Shown: one piece after another, positions 34,826 to 43,948 of the stretch
Position numbering within the stretch: the stretch's first letter is position 1
Layout: each line of letters starts with the position of its first letter
Source of the DNA: Candidatus Rokuibacteriota bacterium
GTDB lineage: Bacteria; Methylomirabilota; Methylomirabilia; Rokubacteriales; CSP1-6
Direction: 5' to 3'
Length of the DNA stretch: 64,000 nt
Assembly (NCBI GenBank): GCA_003220495.1
Contig: QHSP01000016.1
Span: 87,831-151,830 of the forward strand
The notes under the pieces: generated by a model
The model's database searches: none
Told to the model about the DNA's origin: nothing
What the model saw: only the letters and a program-made list of their open reading frames with translations
Program-made: the position numbers and the translations under genes

Positions 34826-35847
34826 CGCCGGCCGGACAGCTCCTTGCGCACCAGCGCGGCGCCGGCGGCCAGCGCCGCGAGCTTCTGGTTACACATGTAG
34901 CGGGGCGACCAGCCGAAGCCGCAGTCGGGATTCACGGTCAGCTTCTCCGCGGGGCACACCTGGAGCACGCGCCGGATCCGCGACGCCACCTCGTCGACGG
35001 TGTCCTGGTTGAACCCTTTCACGTCGATCACGCCCGCGCCGAGCTCGCGTCCCTCGCCGTAGCGCTTCCAGAGATCGACCTCGCTGAGCTCGCGGCCGGC
35101 GAACTCGAGCACGAACTGGTCGGCGTGCGCCTTGAGGAGCCCGGGGAAGTACGCCTCGTACGAGCGGCTGAAGCGCGAGCGGCCGAAACGATTGCCGAAG
35201 CAGATGTGGAAGGCGAGCTTCACGTTGATGCCCGAGGTCGCCAGATTGAAGAGTCGGGCCATCTCTTCGCCGGAGACGTTGCCGCGGGCGGGCTCATCCA
35301 GCTGGATGAAGTCCGCGCCGGCCGCGACGAGCCCCCGGAGCTCGGCGTTGATGACCTCGGCGAAGCGCTCCGCGACGTCGACGACGCCCTTGTAGATCGT
35401 GCCCGGATGAATTCGCGAGCCGAATGTCAGCGGGCCGGCGCAGGTCGCCTTGGTGTGGCTCGCCGTATGCGATCGGAGGTACTCGAACTCCTTGACGATG
35501 CCGAGCCCTCCGCTCGGCGTCTCGATGCGGCCGACCGCCTCGTAGCGCGTCTGCTGATCGTAGCCCCACGGACCGGCCTTGCGGCGGACGGGCAGGGGCT
35601 CGATACCCTTGATGATCGCGTAGTACGAGTCGACGTACCCGTCCAGCCGGCGGACCTCGCCGTCGGTGATGATGTCGATGCCCGCCCTTTCCATGTCCCG
35701 GATGGCGGTGTTGGCGGCGTCGTCGAACATCTCCTCCATGTCGCCCGGGCCGAAGTCGCCCTGCTCGAGCGCCTTGACGGAGGCGAACCACCAGCTCGGT
35801 TTTCCGTGGGAGCCGACGACCGCGGTCGGGATCAAGGGCAGCGTCAT
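34822..35847 (-). CDS. Cobalamin-independent methionine synthase (MetE C-terminal domain)-like protein, URO-D/CIMS superfamily
   Basis: 341 aa; ...TDGEVRR...FIQLDEPA...HICFGN...PDCGFG... are MetE catalytic-domain hallmarks. ATGA overlap with the upstream livF-type gene. Confidence 0.8.
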   Translation of the reverse strand: MTLPLIPTAVVGSHGKPSWWFASVKALEQGDFGPGDMEEMFDDAANTAIRDMERAGIDIITDGEVRRLDGYVDSYYAIIKGIEPLPVRRKAGPWGYDQQTRYEAVGRIETPSGGLGIVKEFEYLRSHTASHTKATCAGPLTFGSRIHPGTIYKGVVDVAERFAEVINAELRGLVAAGADFIQLDEPARGNVSGEEMARLFNLATSGINVKLAFHICFGNRFGRSRFSRSYEAYFPGLLKAHADQFVLEFAGRELSEVDLWKRYGEGRELGAGVIDVKGFNQDTVDEVASRIRRVLQVCPAEKLTVNPDCGFGWSPRYMCNQKLAALAAGAALVRKELSGRR

Positions 35848-36554
35848 CGTGAACGTCCTCCGATTATCCGCGAAACGCTCGCGTCACGCCAGGCATCCTC
35901 CGGCCGGCCGCCGAAGATGATCTCGCCGCGCTCGATGACGTAGAGCCGGGTCGTGTATTCGGGCACGTGGTGGATGTTGGACTCGGCGATGAGGATCGCG
36001 CGGCCCAGGCCGGTGATCGTCGCGATGCCGGCGCTCACCGCGGGAATGATCGCGGGCGACAGGCCCTCGAACGGCTCGTCGAGGAGCAGCATCTCCGGGT
36101 CGAGCGCCAGCGCGCGCGCGATCGAGAGCATCTTGCGCTCGCCGCCGCTCATCTCGGGGCCCTTGCGCGCGGCGTAGCGGCGGAGCGCCGGAAAGACGTC
36201 GTACGCTTGCGCGATGCGCTCGGCGGCTGACCGGCCGCCCGGCCGCGTCCACGTCGCAATCTCGATGTTCTCGGCGACGGTGAGGTCCGAGAAGATGCCG
36301 GAGTCTTCCGGCGCCCAGCCGAGCCCCAGCCGGGCGATCTCGTGTGTGCGCCGACGGTGAATGGGTCGGCCGTGGAACTCGACCGCGCCGGCCCGCGGAC
36401 TGAGGTAGCCCATGACCGTCCTGAGGGTCGTCGTCTTGCCCGAGCCGTTGCGCCCCACGAGGCAGACCACCTCGCGCGCGCCGACCTCGAGTGACACGCC
36501 GCGCAGGATCTGACTGGTCTGGATGAAGACGTCGACCCCGGCCAGGCTCAGCAC
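35844..36554 (-). CDS. ABC transporter ATP-binding protein (LivF type)
   Basis: GRNGSGKTT, LSGGERKML, LLLDEP. Confidence 0.88.
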   Translation of the reverse strand: MLSLAGVDVFIQTSQILRGVSLEVGAREVVCLVGRNGSGKTTTLRTVMGYLSPRAGAVEFHGRPIHRRRTHEIARLGLGWAPEDSGIFSDLTVAENIEIATWTRPGGRSAAERIAQAYDVFPALRRYAARKGPEMSGGERKMLSIARALALDPEMLLLDEPFEGLSPAIIPAVSAGIATITGLGRAILIAESNIHHVPEYTTRLYVIERGEIIFGGRPEDAWRDASVSRIIGGRSR

Positions 36555-37321
36555 GAGGGCGTCCCCGGCGCGACGGCCTTGCGGCCGATGACGGTGTCCA
36601 TCACGCGCTGGTCAGCCAGGATCGTCGCCGGCGGCCCGTCGGCCAGGACCTTCCCCTGATGCAGCGCGATGATGCGGTCCGAGTACGCGAACACGATGTC
36701 CATGTCGTGCTCGACCTGGACGATGGCGCGAAGCCCGATTCGCCGCGACGCCGTCACCAGGGTGTCCATGATCGCGGTCTTGTCCGCCGTGCTCACTCCC
36801 GACGTCGGCTCGTCGAGCAGGATGATCTCCGGCCTCAGCGCGAACGCGGAGGCGATGTCCAGGAGCTTCTTGTCTCCCTGCGGCAGCTGCCGGGCCGGAG
36901 TGTGCCGCTTGTCGCCGAGCCCGAACAGTTCGGCGACCTCCAGCGCGTCCGACTGCACCTCGCGGTCCCGCGCGAGCGATGCGAAGAGCCGCGTCGCGCG
37001 TCCGAGCCGCGCCACGACGGCGGCCTGCAGGGTCTCGAGGACCGTGAGATCGGGAAAGACCTGGACGAGCTGAAACGAGCGGGCCATGCCGAGCCGGGCC
37101 AGGCGCACCGGGCCGGCGCCGCCGACCTCGCGGTCCTTGAACCGGACCTTGCCGGCGCTCGGCCGCGTGACGCCGGTGAGGATGTTGATCAGGGTCGACT
37201 TGCCGGCGCCGTTGGGCCCGACGATCGAGACGAACTCACCCGTGTCGACCGCGAGGCTCACGCCGTCGAGCGCGCAGAACTCTCCGTAGAGCTTCCGGAG
37301 CCCGTCGGCCTGGAGGATCAC
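36548..37321 (-). CDS. ABC transporter ATP-binding protein (LivG type)
   Basis: VILQADGLRKLYGEFCALDGVSLAVDTGEFVSIVGPNGAGKST... GTG at 37321 overlaps the livM-type stop (GTGA). The 398-aa ORF in the track is an extension. Confidence 0.85.
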   Translation of the reverse strand: MILQADGLRKLYGEFCALDGVSLAVDTGEFVSIVGPNGAGKSTLINILTGVTRPSAGKVRFKDREVGGAGPVRLARLGMARSFQLVQVFPDLTVLETLQAAVVARLGRATRLFASLARDREVQSDALEVAELFGLGDKRHTPARQLPQGDKKLLDIASAFALRPEIILLDEPTSGVSTADKTAIMDTLVTASRRIGLRAIVQVEHDMDIVFAYSDRIIALHQGKVLADGPPATILADQRVMDTVIGRKAVAPGTPSC

Positions 37322-38274
37322 GCGCGCCCCGCCGGCGCCGGCCGGCGGCGGGTCACGAGTCCGACGAGCCCGTCCGGCGCGAAGATCACGATCACGGCGA
37401 GCATCGCGCCGAAGACCAGCCGCCAGTAGGGCACGACGGACATCACCCAGCTCTGCAGATAGATGAACACGAAGGCCCCCACGACCGGACCGAAGAAGCT
37501 GGTGAACCCGCCGAGCAGGGTCATGAACACGATGTTGCCGGAGTGCGTCCAGTAGGCGAGGGTCGGATCGACGTTTCCAGTCGGCGGGCCCAGAAGGACG
37601 CCGCCGACGGCGGCGTAGATCGCGGAGATGACGAAGGCGTAAAAGCGATGGCGCGTGACCCCGATGCCGAGTGTCTCGGCCTTCGTGGGGTTGTCGCGAA
37701 TCGTCTTCAGGCAGAGACCGAACGGCGAGTGGACGATGCGCCACATGCCGAGCGCGGCGAGGCCGAGCACGGCCAGCGAGTAGTAGTAGTAGGGCCCGAC
37801 GAGGTAGTCGATCTTCGGCATGGCATCGAGGCTTCGCCCGAGCAGCGACGGCCGCAGGAAGGGCGTGCCCTCGTCGCCGCCGGTCAGGCGATAGAACTTC
37901 AGGACGAATGTGTAGAAGACCATCCCAAACGCCAGGGTGAGCATGCCAAAGTAGATCTTCACGTAGCGCACGCAGAGCGCCGCGACCGGTATCGCCACCA
38001 GCGCGCCCAGCACCGCGGCCGCGAGCAGGATCACCTCGAGCGAGCGGATCTTGGCGTGCGTCGTCAGGAACGCGCCGGTGTACGCGCCGAGCCCGATGAA
38101 GAGGGCGTGGCCGAACGAGACGAGGCCCGTGTACCCGAACAGGAGGTTGAGCCCGAGCAGCACGACCGCGTAGGCCATGAACGGGAGCATGAGGAGCACG
38201 TGATAGGTCGAGGCGACGAGGGGCGCTGCGGCGATGGCCGCGGCCCCCAGCGCGACCGCCAGGCCGCCCTTCAC
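37318..38274 (-). CDS. Branched-chain amino acid ABC transporter permease (LivM type)
   Basis: 318 aa; ...LLGLNLLFGYTGLVSFGHALFIGLGAY... Confidence 0.85.
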   Translation of the reverse strand: MKGGLAVALGAAAIAAAPLVASTYHVLLMLPFMAYAVVLLGLNLLFGYTGLVSFGHALFIGLGAYTGAFLTTHAKIRSLEVILLAAAVLGALVAIPVAALCVRYVKIYFGMLTLAFGMVFYTFVLKFYRLTGGDEGTPFLRPSLLGRSLDAMPKIDYLVGPYYYYSLAVLGLAALGMWRIVHSPFGLCLKTIRDNPTKAETLGIGVTRHRFYAFVISAIYAAVGGVLLGPPTGNVDPTLAYWTHSGNIVFMTLLGGFTSFFGPVVGAFVFIYLQSWVMSVVPYWRLVFGAMLAVIVIFAPDGLVGLVTRRRPAPAGRA

Positions 38275-39065
38275 GCCGTGGCCCCGCCGAAGAGGCCGCG
38301 CGGCCGCGCCACCAGCACCGCGATCACGATGAGGTAGATCAGCAGCATCTCGAGCTCCGGATACACGGAGATCGCGATCGAGCGGAGGACGCCGACGACG
38401 AGCGCGCCGACGAAGGCCCCCCGCATCGAGCCCAACCCGCCGATCACGACGACCGCGAAGGCCTCGACGATCAGCTCGATGCCCATCTCGCTCATCGCCG
38501 CCGTCGCGGGAATCACGAGGGCTCCGCCGAGAGTGCCGAGCGCCGTGCCGAGCGTGAAGACCTTCGCGTACACCCGGCGCATGTCCACGCCGAGCGCCTC
38601 GGCCATCTCGCGATTGTCGGCGGTCGCGCGGATGATGCGGCCGAACGCGGTGCGGGTCAGCAGCCAGCCGATCGCCAGCGCGATGGCGAGGCTCGCCGCG
38701 ATGACGATCAGGTTGTAGACCGGCACGGTCGCGCCGAAGAGGCGGACCTGCCCGTAGACGAGATAGAGGCCGGCGGTCGAGCGGGGCGCCGTGCCCCAGG
38801 TCAGGCGGATCGCGTCCTCCATCATGAGGACGATCGCGAACGTCATGAGGAGCTGGAACGTCTCATCGCGGTCGTAGACGAAGCGGAGGAGCCCTCGCTC
38901 GACCACGACCCCCACCGCGCCCACCGCGAGGCCCGCCAGGGCCAGCGGCACGATGAACAGCGCGGGTGGGCCGCCGGCGTCCACGTACCAGCCCACGGCC
39001 GAGACGCCGACGTAGGCGCCGAGCGCGTAGAACGAGCCGCACGCGAGGTTGAAGATCTTCTGCAC
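38271..39065 (-). CDS. Branched-chain amino acid ABC transporter permease (LivH type); the N-terminus very likely extends to about 39155 without a canonical start codon
   Basis: Annotated from GTG 39065 (VQKIFNLACGSFYALGAY...). The 30 codons upstream, running in-frame up to the substrate-binding-protein TAG, encode PIAHAVNVLLSGLFHASVLFLVAAGLQVVFG, which is clearly the LivH first transmembrane helix. Confidence 0.75.
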   Translation of the reverse strand: MQKIFNLACGSFYALGAYVGVSAVGWYVDAGGPPALFIVPLALAGLAVGAVGVVVERGLLRFVYDRDETFQLLMTFAIVLMMEDAIRLTWGTAPRSTAGLYLVYGQVRLFGATVPVYNLIVIAASLAIALAIGWLLTRTAFGRIIRATADNREMAEALGVDMRRVYAKVFTLGTALGTLGGALVIPATAAMSEMGIELIVEAFAVVVIGGLGSMRGAFVGALVVGVLRSIAISVYPELEMLLIYLIVIAVLVARPRGLFGGATA

Positions 39066-39158
39066 GCCGAAGACAACTTGTAAACCGGCGGCGACGAGGA
39101 ACAGGACCGACGCGTGAAAGAGCCCGCTCAGAAGGACGTTGACGGCGTGCGCGATCGG

Positions 39159-40439
39159 CTAGACCTTCCAGCCGTTGATCCACTCGAAGAGCTTCGAGCC
39201 GGCCGGCTTCATCGCCTGCTTGGTGGACACGACCTCGATGGGGCTGATCGTCACGAAGTCGTACCCGTTCTTGTGCGTCGTGATCCCCTGATAGAAATTG
39301 CACATCTGGACGTGATCCTCTCGCCAGCTGCGCTTGCCGGAGAGCGATTCGATCTCGAGACCCTCGAGCGCCCGGACCACCTGCGCCTTGTCCGGCCATT
39401 TCTTCGCCGGCCCCGCGGCCTTCTCGACCGCCACCTTGTAGGACTCGGCGTTGAAGAAGGCGTGGTCGCACTCGTAGGGCGGATACTCGTTGTACTTTGC
39501 CTTGTACTCGCGGACGAACTGCTTGAGGAGCGCGCTGGCCTTGGGGTCGTCGAAGTACATCGTGTTGTAGCCGAGCAGCAACCCTTCGGGCGTGAACTCT
39601 TTCTTCAGGGAGTCGTGGACGCCGCCCCCGGTCGTGAAGACGCCCTTCATCGTCTTGAACAGGCCGACCGCGGCGGCCTGCTTCATGATGATCGTCGCGT
39701 CGCCCGACCAGAACGAGCACATCAAGAGGTCCGCCTTCGACTGCTGGATCGCCGCGATGTGCGAGGTGAAGTCGGTGACGCCGAGCTTGGGAAAGAGCTC
39801 GAGCACGAACTTCACGTCCGGGACGTAGCGTCGGAGCACGGCCTGGTAGGACTCCCAGCAGTCGTGGCCGTAGGAGTAGTCGTTGCCGATGCCGGCGACG
39901 GTCTTGATGCTCTTGAAGTACTTCGGCGTCAGGATGCCGGCGACGATCGCCTCGACCTCGTTGTCGACGCTCTTGAACGCCCACTTCGGATTCGGCATCG
40001 TCTCTTCGATGCCCTTCTGGGTCGTGCCGTCCCAGGAAAGCCACGGCGTGCCGAGATCCTCCGCCACCGGGCCGAGCGCGAGCGTCACGCCGGTCGAGAT
40101 ACCGCCCAGGACGACCTCGACCTTGTCTTGAAGAACCAGCTTGCGATAGCGCTCGACCGTGTCCTTCGGATTTGACTCCTCCTCGACGATGAGCTGCACC
40201 GGCCGCCCGAGGATCCCGCCGGCGTTGTTCACGCGCTCTGCCCACCATTCGGTGGCGCGCAGCCCGGCAGCGCCGACCGGCGCCGCGACGCCGGCGCGGA
40301 TGGTGAGGACCCCGATCTTCACGGGGCCGGTCGCCTGAGCGGAGGCGGACGGCCCGTCGAGCCGGGTCGCCGCGGCCGCGCCGGCCCCGGCGCCCAGGAG
40401 CTTGAGGAATTGCCGTCGCGAGGCTTGGGTGGGCGTCAT
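39159..40439 (-). CDS. ABC transporter substrate-binding protein (LivJ type, Tat signal)
   Basis: MTPTQASRRQFLKLLGAGAGAAAA has a Tat motif, followed by a Peripla_BP_6 fold. ATG at 40437-40439 (complement). The 542-aa ORF in the track is an extension. Confidence 0.85.
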   Translation of the reverse strand: MTPTQASRRQFLKLLGAGAGAAAATRLDGPSASAQATGPVKIGVLTIRAGVAAPVGAAGLRATEWWAERVNNAGGILGRPVQLIVEEESNPKDTVERYRKLVLQDKVEVVLGGISTGVTLALGPVAEDLGTPWLSWDGTTQKGIEETMPNPKWAFKSVDNEVEAIVAGILTPKYFKSIKTVAGIGNDYSYGHDCWESYQAVLRRYVPDVKFVLELFPKLGVTDFTSHIAAIQQSKADLLMCSFWSGDATIIMKQAAAVGLFKTMKGVFTTGGGVHDSLKKEFTPEGLLLGYNTMYFDDPKASALLKQFVREYKAKYNEYPPYECDHAFFNAESYKVAVEKAAGPAKKWPDKAQVVRALEGLEIESLSGKRSWREDHVQMCNFYQGITTHKNGYDFVTISPIEVVSTKQAMKPAGSKLFEWINGWKV

Positions 40440-40486
40440 GGTCGGGTTCCTCGTGTCATGGCCGCGTCGAGGGTGGCCAGGCCCGT

Positions 40487-41524
40487 CTAGGTCAGCCCCA
40501 GCCGCGTGCGGGCGAGCCGCGTGCCGGCGACGAGGCGCTTGAGCTTCTCGAAGGCGACCCAGCGCGGCACCGGAAAGAACCCGCAGTCGGGCACGGCCGA
40601 CAGCCGCTCGACCGGGATGAACTTGGCGCAGAGCTCGAGACGCGCGGCGACGTCCTCCGGGCTCTCCATGTAGAACGACTTCACGTCCACGACTCCACAC
40701 GCCACGTCGCGGTCGACGCCGATCTCCTTCCAGTGCTCGATCTCGGCCATCTCGCGATTCGCGTACTCGAAGACGAACTGGTGGCACCGGGTGTCGAGCA
40801 GCGCCGGAAACATCCAGCGATAGGAGCGCTTGCCGCGCGGGCGCGACAGAAGGTTGCCGAAGCAGACGTGGTAGGCGATCCGCGCGCGCACGCCCTCGAC
40901 GCAGGCGTTGAACATCTTCACGTACTCGTCGATCTGCCCGGGCACGATCGCCGCCGACGGCTCGTCGATCTGGATGTAGTCCGCGCCCACCTCGACGAGG
41001 GCGCGCAGCTCGGCGTTGATGGCCGGGACGAAGTCCCAGCAGAGGGCGAGGCGATCGTTGCCGTAGGCGTCGCCGGGCCGGAGCTGGACGTGGATCGAGA
41101 GCGTGACCGGCCCGGGGCAGGTGGCCTTCACGGGCTTCTCGGTCTGGGATTTCAGGTACTGAAACTCCTCGACCACGCCGAGCCCGCGCGGCACCGTGAC
41201 GCGCTGCCGTGGCCTGTATCGCGGCGTCGAGTCGTAGGCGTAGAGCCCGGTCTTGCGCAGCGGCTCGACCGGCTCGAGGCCGTCCATCTTCGAGTAGAAC
41301 GTCTGCACGAAGAAGTAGCGGCGCATCTCGCCGTCGCAGACGATATCGAGGCCGGCGCGCTCCTGGTCGCGGATCGCGAGCTGGGTCGCGTCGTCGAACG
41401 TCTCCTTCTGGTCCGTCTGGCCGTAGTCGCCCGCCTTGATCCGGTCGAGCGCGGTCCAGAACCAGCCCGGGAAGCCGTGGCTCCCCATCACGTGCGTCGG
41501 AATCCGGGGCAGGGCGGCGGTCAC
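40487..41524 (-). CDS. Cobalamin-independent methionine synthase (MetE C-terminal domain)-like protein, paralog 2
   Basis: VTAALPRIPTHVMGSHGFPGWFW... is co-linear with the paralog at 34822..35847 (about 40% identity by eye; DEPS, HVCFGN, PDCGFF motifs). GTG at 41524, or ATG at 41488. Confidence 0.78.
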   Translation of the reverse strand: MTAALPRIPTHVMGSHGFPGWFWTALDRIKAGDYGQTDQKETFDDATQLAIRDQERAGLDIVCDGEMRRYFFVQTFYSKMDGLEPVEPLRKTGLYAYDSTPRYRPRQRVTVPRGLGVVEEFQYLKSQTEKPVKATCPGPVTLSIHVQLRPGDAYGNDRLALCWDFVPAINAELRALVEVGADYIQIDEPSAAIVPGQIDEYVKMFNACVEGVRARIAYHVCFGNLLSRPRGKRSYRWMFPALLDTRCHQFVFEYANREMAEIEHWKEIGVDRDVACGVVDVKSFYMESPEDVAARLELCAKFIPVERLSAVPDCGFFPVPRWVAFEKLKRLVAGTRLARTRLGLT

Positions 41525-41690
41525 GCGCTGTTGTTTATCAGAGGGCCCGGCGCTTGGCAATGGCGGCGGCGGCGTGCGGGGTCCCGGAGCGCGCCTGGAC
41601 TCAAGTCCGGGAGTCCTCCCCCCTTCCGACGGCATCGGTGAACCGAGACCGCCGGAATTTGTTGAAGAAATCCGCCGCGGCCGACACGAT

Positions 41691-43946
41691 ATGATAAGAC
41701 TATCCGCCATGCAGGTGCGCTTTTGGGGAACGCGTGGATCGATCGCTGCGCCCGGGCCGAGCACCGCGCGCTTTGGAGGTAACACCTCCTGCGTCGAGGT
41801 GCGAGCTTCCGACGGGACCGTGATCATCCTCGACTGCGGCACCGGCGCCCGCGAGCTCGGGCTCCACCTGGCGCAGACGATGCCCCAACCGATTCGGCTG
41901 CACCTCTTCATCGGCCACACCCACTGGGATCACATCCAGGGCTTTCCGTTCTTCGTCCCCGCGTTTCTGCCCGGCTCCGAGCTGAACATCTACGCGCCGC
42001 TCGGCTTCCAGCGGGGTCTCGAAGAGGCGATGGCCGGTCAGATGGAGTACTCGTACTTCCCGGTCAAGATGCGCGACCTCCGCTCGCGGATCCACTTCAC
42101 GGAGCTGGACGAAGGGTTCTTCCGCGTCGGCGGCGTGCTCGTCGAGACGCAATTCCTCAATCACACCGCGCCCACCATCGCGTACCGCATGACCAGCGAC
42201 GGCGCGACGATCGCCTACGCGACGGATCACGAGCCCTTCTGGAACGCCTCGGGCCGGGTCTCCCAGCATCCGGGCGACGAGCGCCACATCGCCTTCCTCA
42301 AGGGCGCGAATCTGGTGATCCACGACGCCCAGTACACCGACGCGGAGTACCGCGACAAGGTCGGCTGGGGCCACAGCAGCATCGACTACGCGGTCGACGT
42401 CGCCCTGGCCGCGGGGGTCGAGCGCCTCGTGCTCTTCCACCACGACCCGGCGCACGACGACGCGATGATGGAGCGGATGGAAGCGATGGCGCGGGCCCAC
42501 GTCGGCCAGCGAGGCCAGGCGCTGGACGTGCTCGCGGCTCGCGAAGGCCTCGAGCTGGAGGTGCGGGGCAGCAGCGCCGCACCGGACATGGCCGAGGCCT
42601 CGGCCCTCCAGCATCGCCAGATCGTCGGCGGCCGTGTGCTCCTGGTCAGCGCCAACGAGCCGGAGGTGGCCGAGATCGAAGAAGTCCTCAACGGCGACGG
42701 TCTGATCTTCCTGCGCGAGTCGGACGTCCGCGCGGCGCTCTCGCGAGGTCCCGAGCTCACGCCCGATATCGCGATCATCGACCGCGAGCTGCTGGACGGC
42801 GACTCGGTCCTCGACGTGTTGCGGGACCGCCTGGGCCGGCGCAATTTCCCGATCGTCGTCCTCGCCGACAGCTCCATTCCCTCCGATGCCGTGTACCGCG
42901 GCGAAGCCTCGTGGACCGACTATCTGCCCAAGCCCTTCAGCCCGCCCATGCTGCGCACCCGCGTGCGGGCGTGGCTCGCTCGGACCTTGCTCGTCTTCGA
43001 TCCGGTCGAGCGTGTGGCGCTGCGCGGCGAGCGCGTGACGGGCCCGGACGACAGCCGGGCTCGCTGCGCGAGCCTCCTCGCCACCGTGCCGCTGTTCCGC
43101 CCGCTGACCGCCGAGCAGCGCGATCTCCTGCTCGACAGCGCGACCGAGCAGAGCTTCACGGCCGGCCACGTGCTGATCCGTGAGAGCGATCCGCCCGACC
43201 GTCTCTTCGTCATTCTCTCCGGCCGCGTGCGCGTGCTGGAGGTCGCGTCCGACTCTCCGGTGGAGCTCATCGTGGGCGAGCTCGGCGTGGGCGAGATCCT
43301 CGGCGAGCTGAGCGTGCTGCGAAACCAGCCGCGGTCGGCGACGGTCGTCGCGATCGAGCGGACGCACTGCCTGGTCATCCCCCAAACCGAGTTCCTGAAG
43401 GTGCTGCAGAGCTCAGCGGAGCTGTCGGTCTCCCTGCTGCGGATGCTCGCCGGCCGCCTCTACGAGACCGACCGCCGTCTGTCTCGGTTCGCGCCAGATC
43501 CCGTCACGGGCCTGGCGGGCCGCCGGGCCTTCCACGAGCAATATCGTCGGCTCGCCGCCGTCGCGCGCCGGCGCAAGACGGGCGCGCTCCTGCTCGTCGT
43601 CGACGTCCTGAAGCTCAGGTCGATCAACGACCGCTTCGGCTATGGCGTGGGCGACGACGTGCTGAGGACCGTGGCCGACGCGCTCGTCGAGGCCACGCGG
43701 ACCACGGATCTGATCGTTCGCCACGGCGGCGACGAGTTCGTCGTGTTCTTCCCGGACGCGGGGGTGGGTGACATCGACACCGTCATCGCGAGGGTCAACG
43801 AGACGATCAAGGGCCTCTCGGGTAAGCGCGGCATCCCCGTCCCGATCACCTGCAACTTCGGCATCGCCTACGCGCTGGCGCCCCCGGAGAGCGCGGACGA
43901 TCTCCTGCGCGAGGCCGATCAGGATATGCTGCGCCGCAAGCGGTAA
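41691..43946 (+). CDS. Multidomain signalling protein: MBL-fold domain, receiver-like domain, cyclic-nucleotide-binding (CAP-like) domain, GGDEF diguanylate cyclase
   Basis: N-terminus FWGTRGS...HTHWDHIQGFPF (MBL fold). ...RVLLVSANEPEVAEI...IVVLADS (receiver-like). ...FTAGHVLIRESDPPDRLFVILSGRVRV...GELSVL...RSATVVA (cNMP-binding). ...RHGGDEFVVFF (GGDEF). The start is ATG at 41691 or 41709. Confidence 0.85.
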   Translation: MIRLSAMQVRFWGTRGSIAAPGPSTARFGGNTSCVEVRASDGTVIILDCGTGARELGLHLAQTMPQPIRLHLFIGHTHWDHIQGFPFFVPAFLPGSELNIYAPLGFQRGLEEAMAGQMEYSYFPVKMRDLRSRIHFTELDEGFFRVGGVLVETQFLNHTAPTIAYRMTSDGATIAYATDHEPFWNASGRVSQHPGDERHIAFLKGANLVIHDAQYTDAEYRDKVGWGHSSIDYAVDVALAAGVERLVLFHHDPAHDDAMMERMEAMARAHVGQRGQALDVLAAREGLELEVRGSSAAPDMAEASALQHRQIVGGRVLLVSANEPEVAEIEEVLNGDGLIFLRESDVRAALSRGPELTPDIAIIDRELLDGDSVLDVLRDRLGRRNFPIVVLADSSIPSDAVYRGEASWTDYLPKPFSPPMLRTRVRAWLARTLLVFDPVERVALRGERVTGPDDSRARCASLLATVPLFRPLTAEQRDLLLDSATEQSFTAGHVLIRESDPPDRLFVILSGRVRVLEVASDSPVELIVGELGVGEILGELSVLRNQPRSATVVAIERTHCLVIPQTEFLKVLQSSAELSVSLLRMLAGRLYETDRRLSRFAPDPVTGLAGRRAFHEQYRRLAAVARRRKTGALLLVVDVLKLRSINDRFGYGVGDDVLRTVADALVEATRTTDLIVRHGGDEFVVFFPDAGVGDIDTVIARVNETIKGLSGKRGIPVPITCNFGIAYALAPPESADDLLREADQDMLRRKR

Positions 43947-43948
43947 GG

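Noticed and set aside
41525-41690. Riboswitch (SAM or cobalamin) in the long leader of the second MetE-like gene
   Set aside because: No B12-box or SAM-I/II consensus elements are recognisable. The region is more likely a divergent promoter with GC hairpins. It is kept only as a note under the GGDEF finding.
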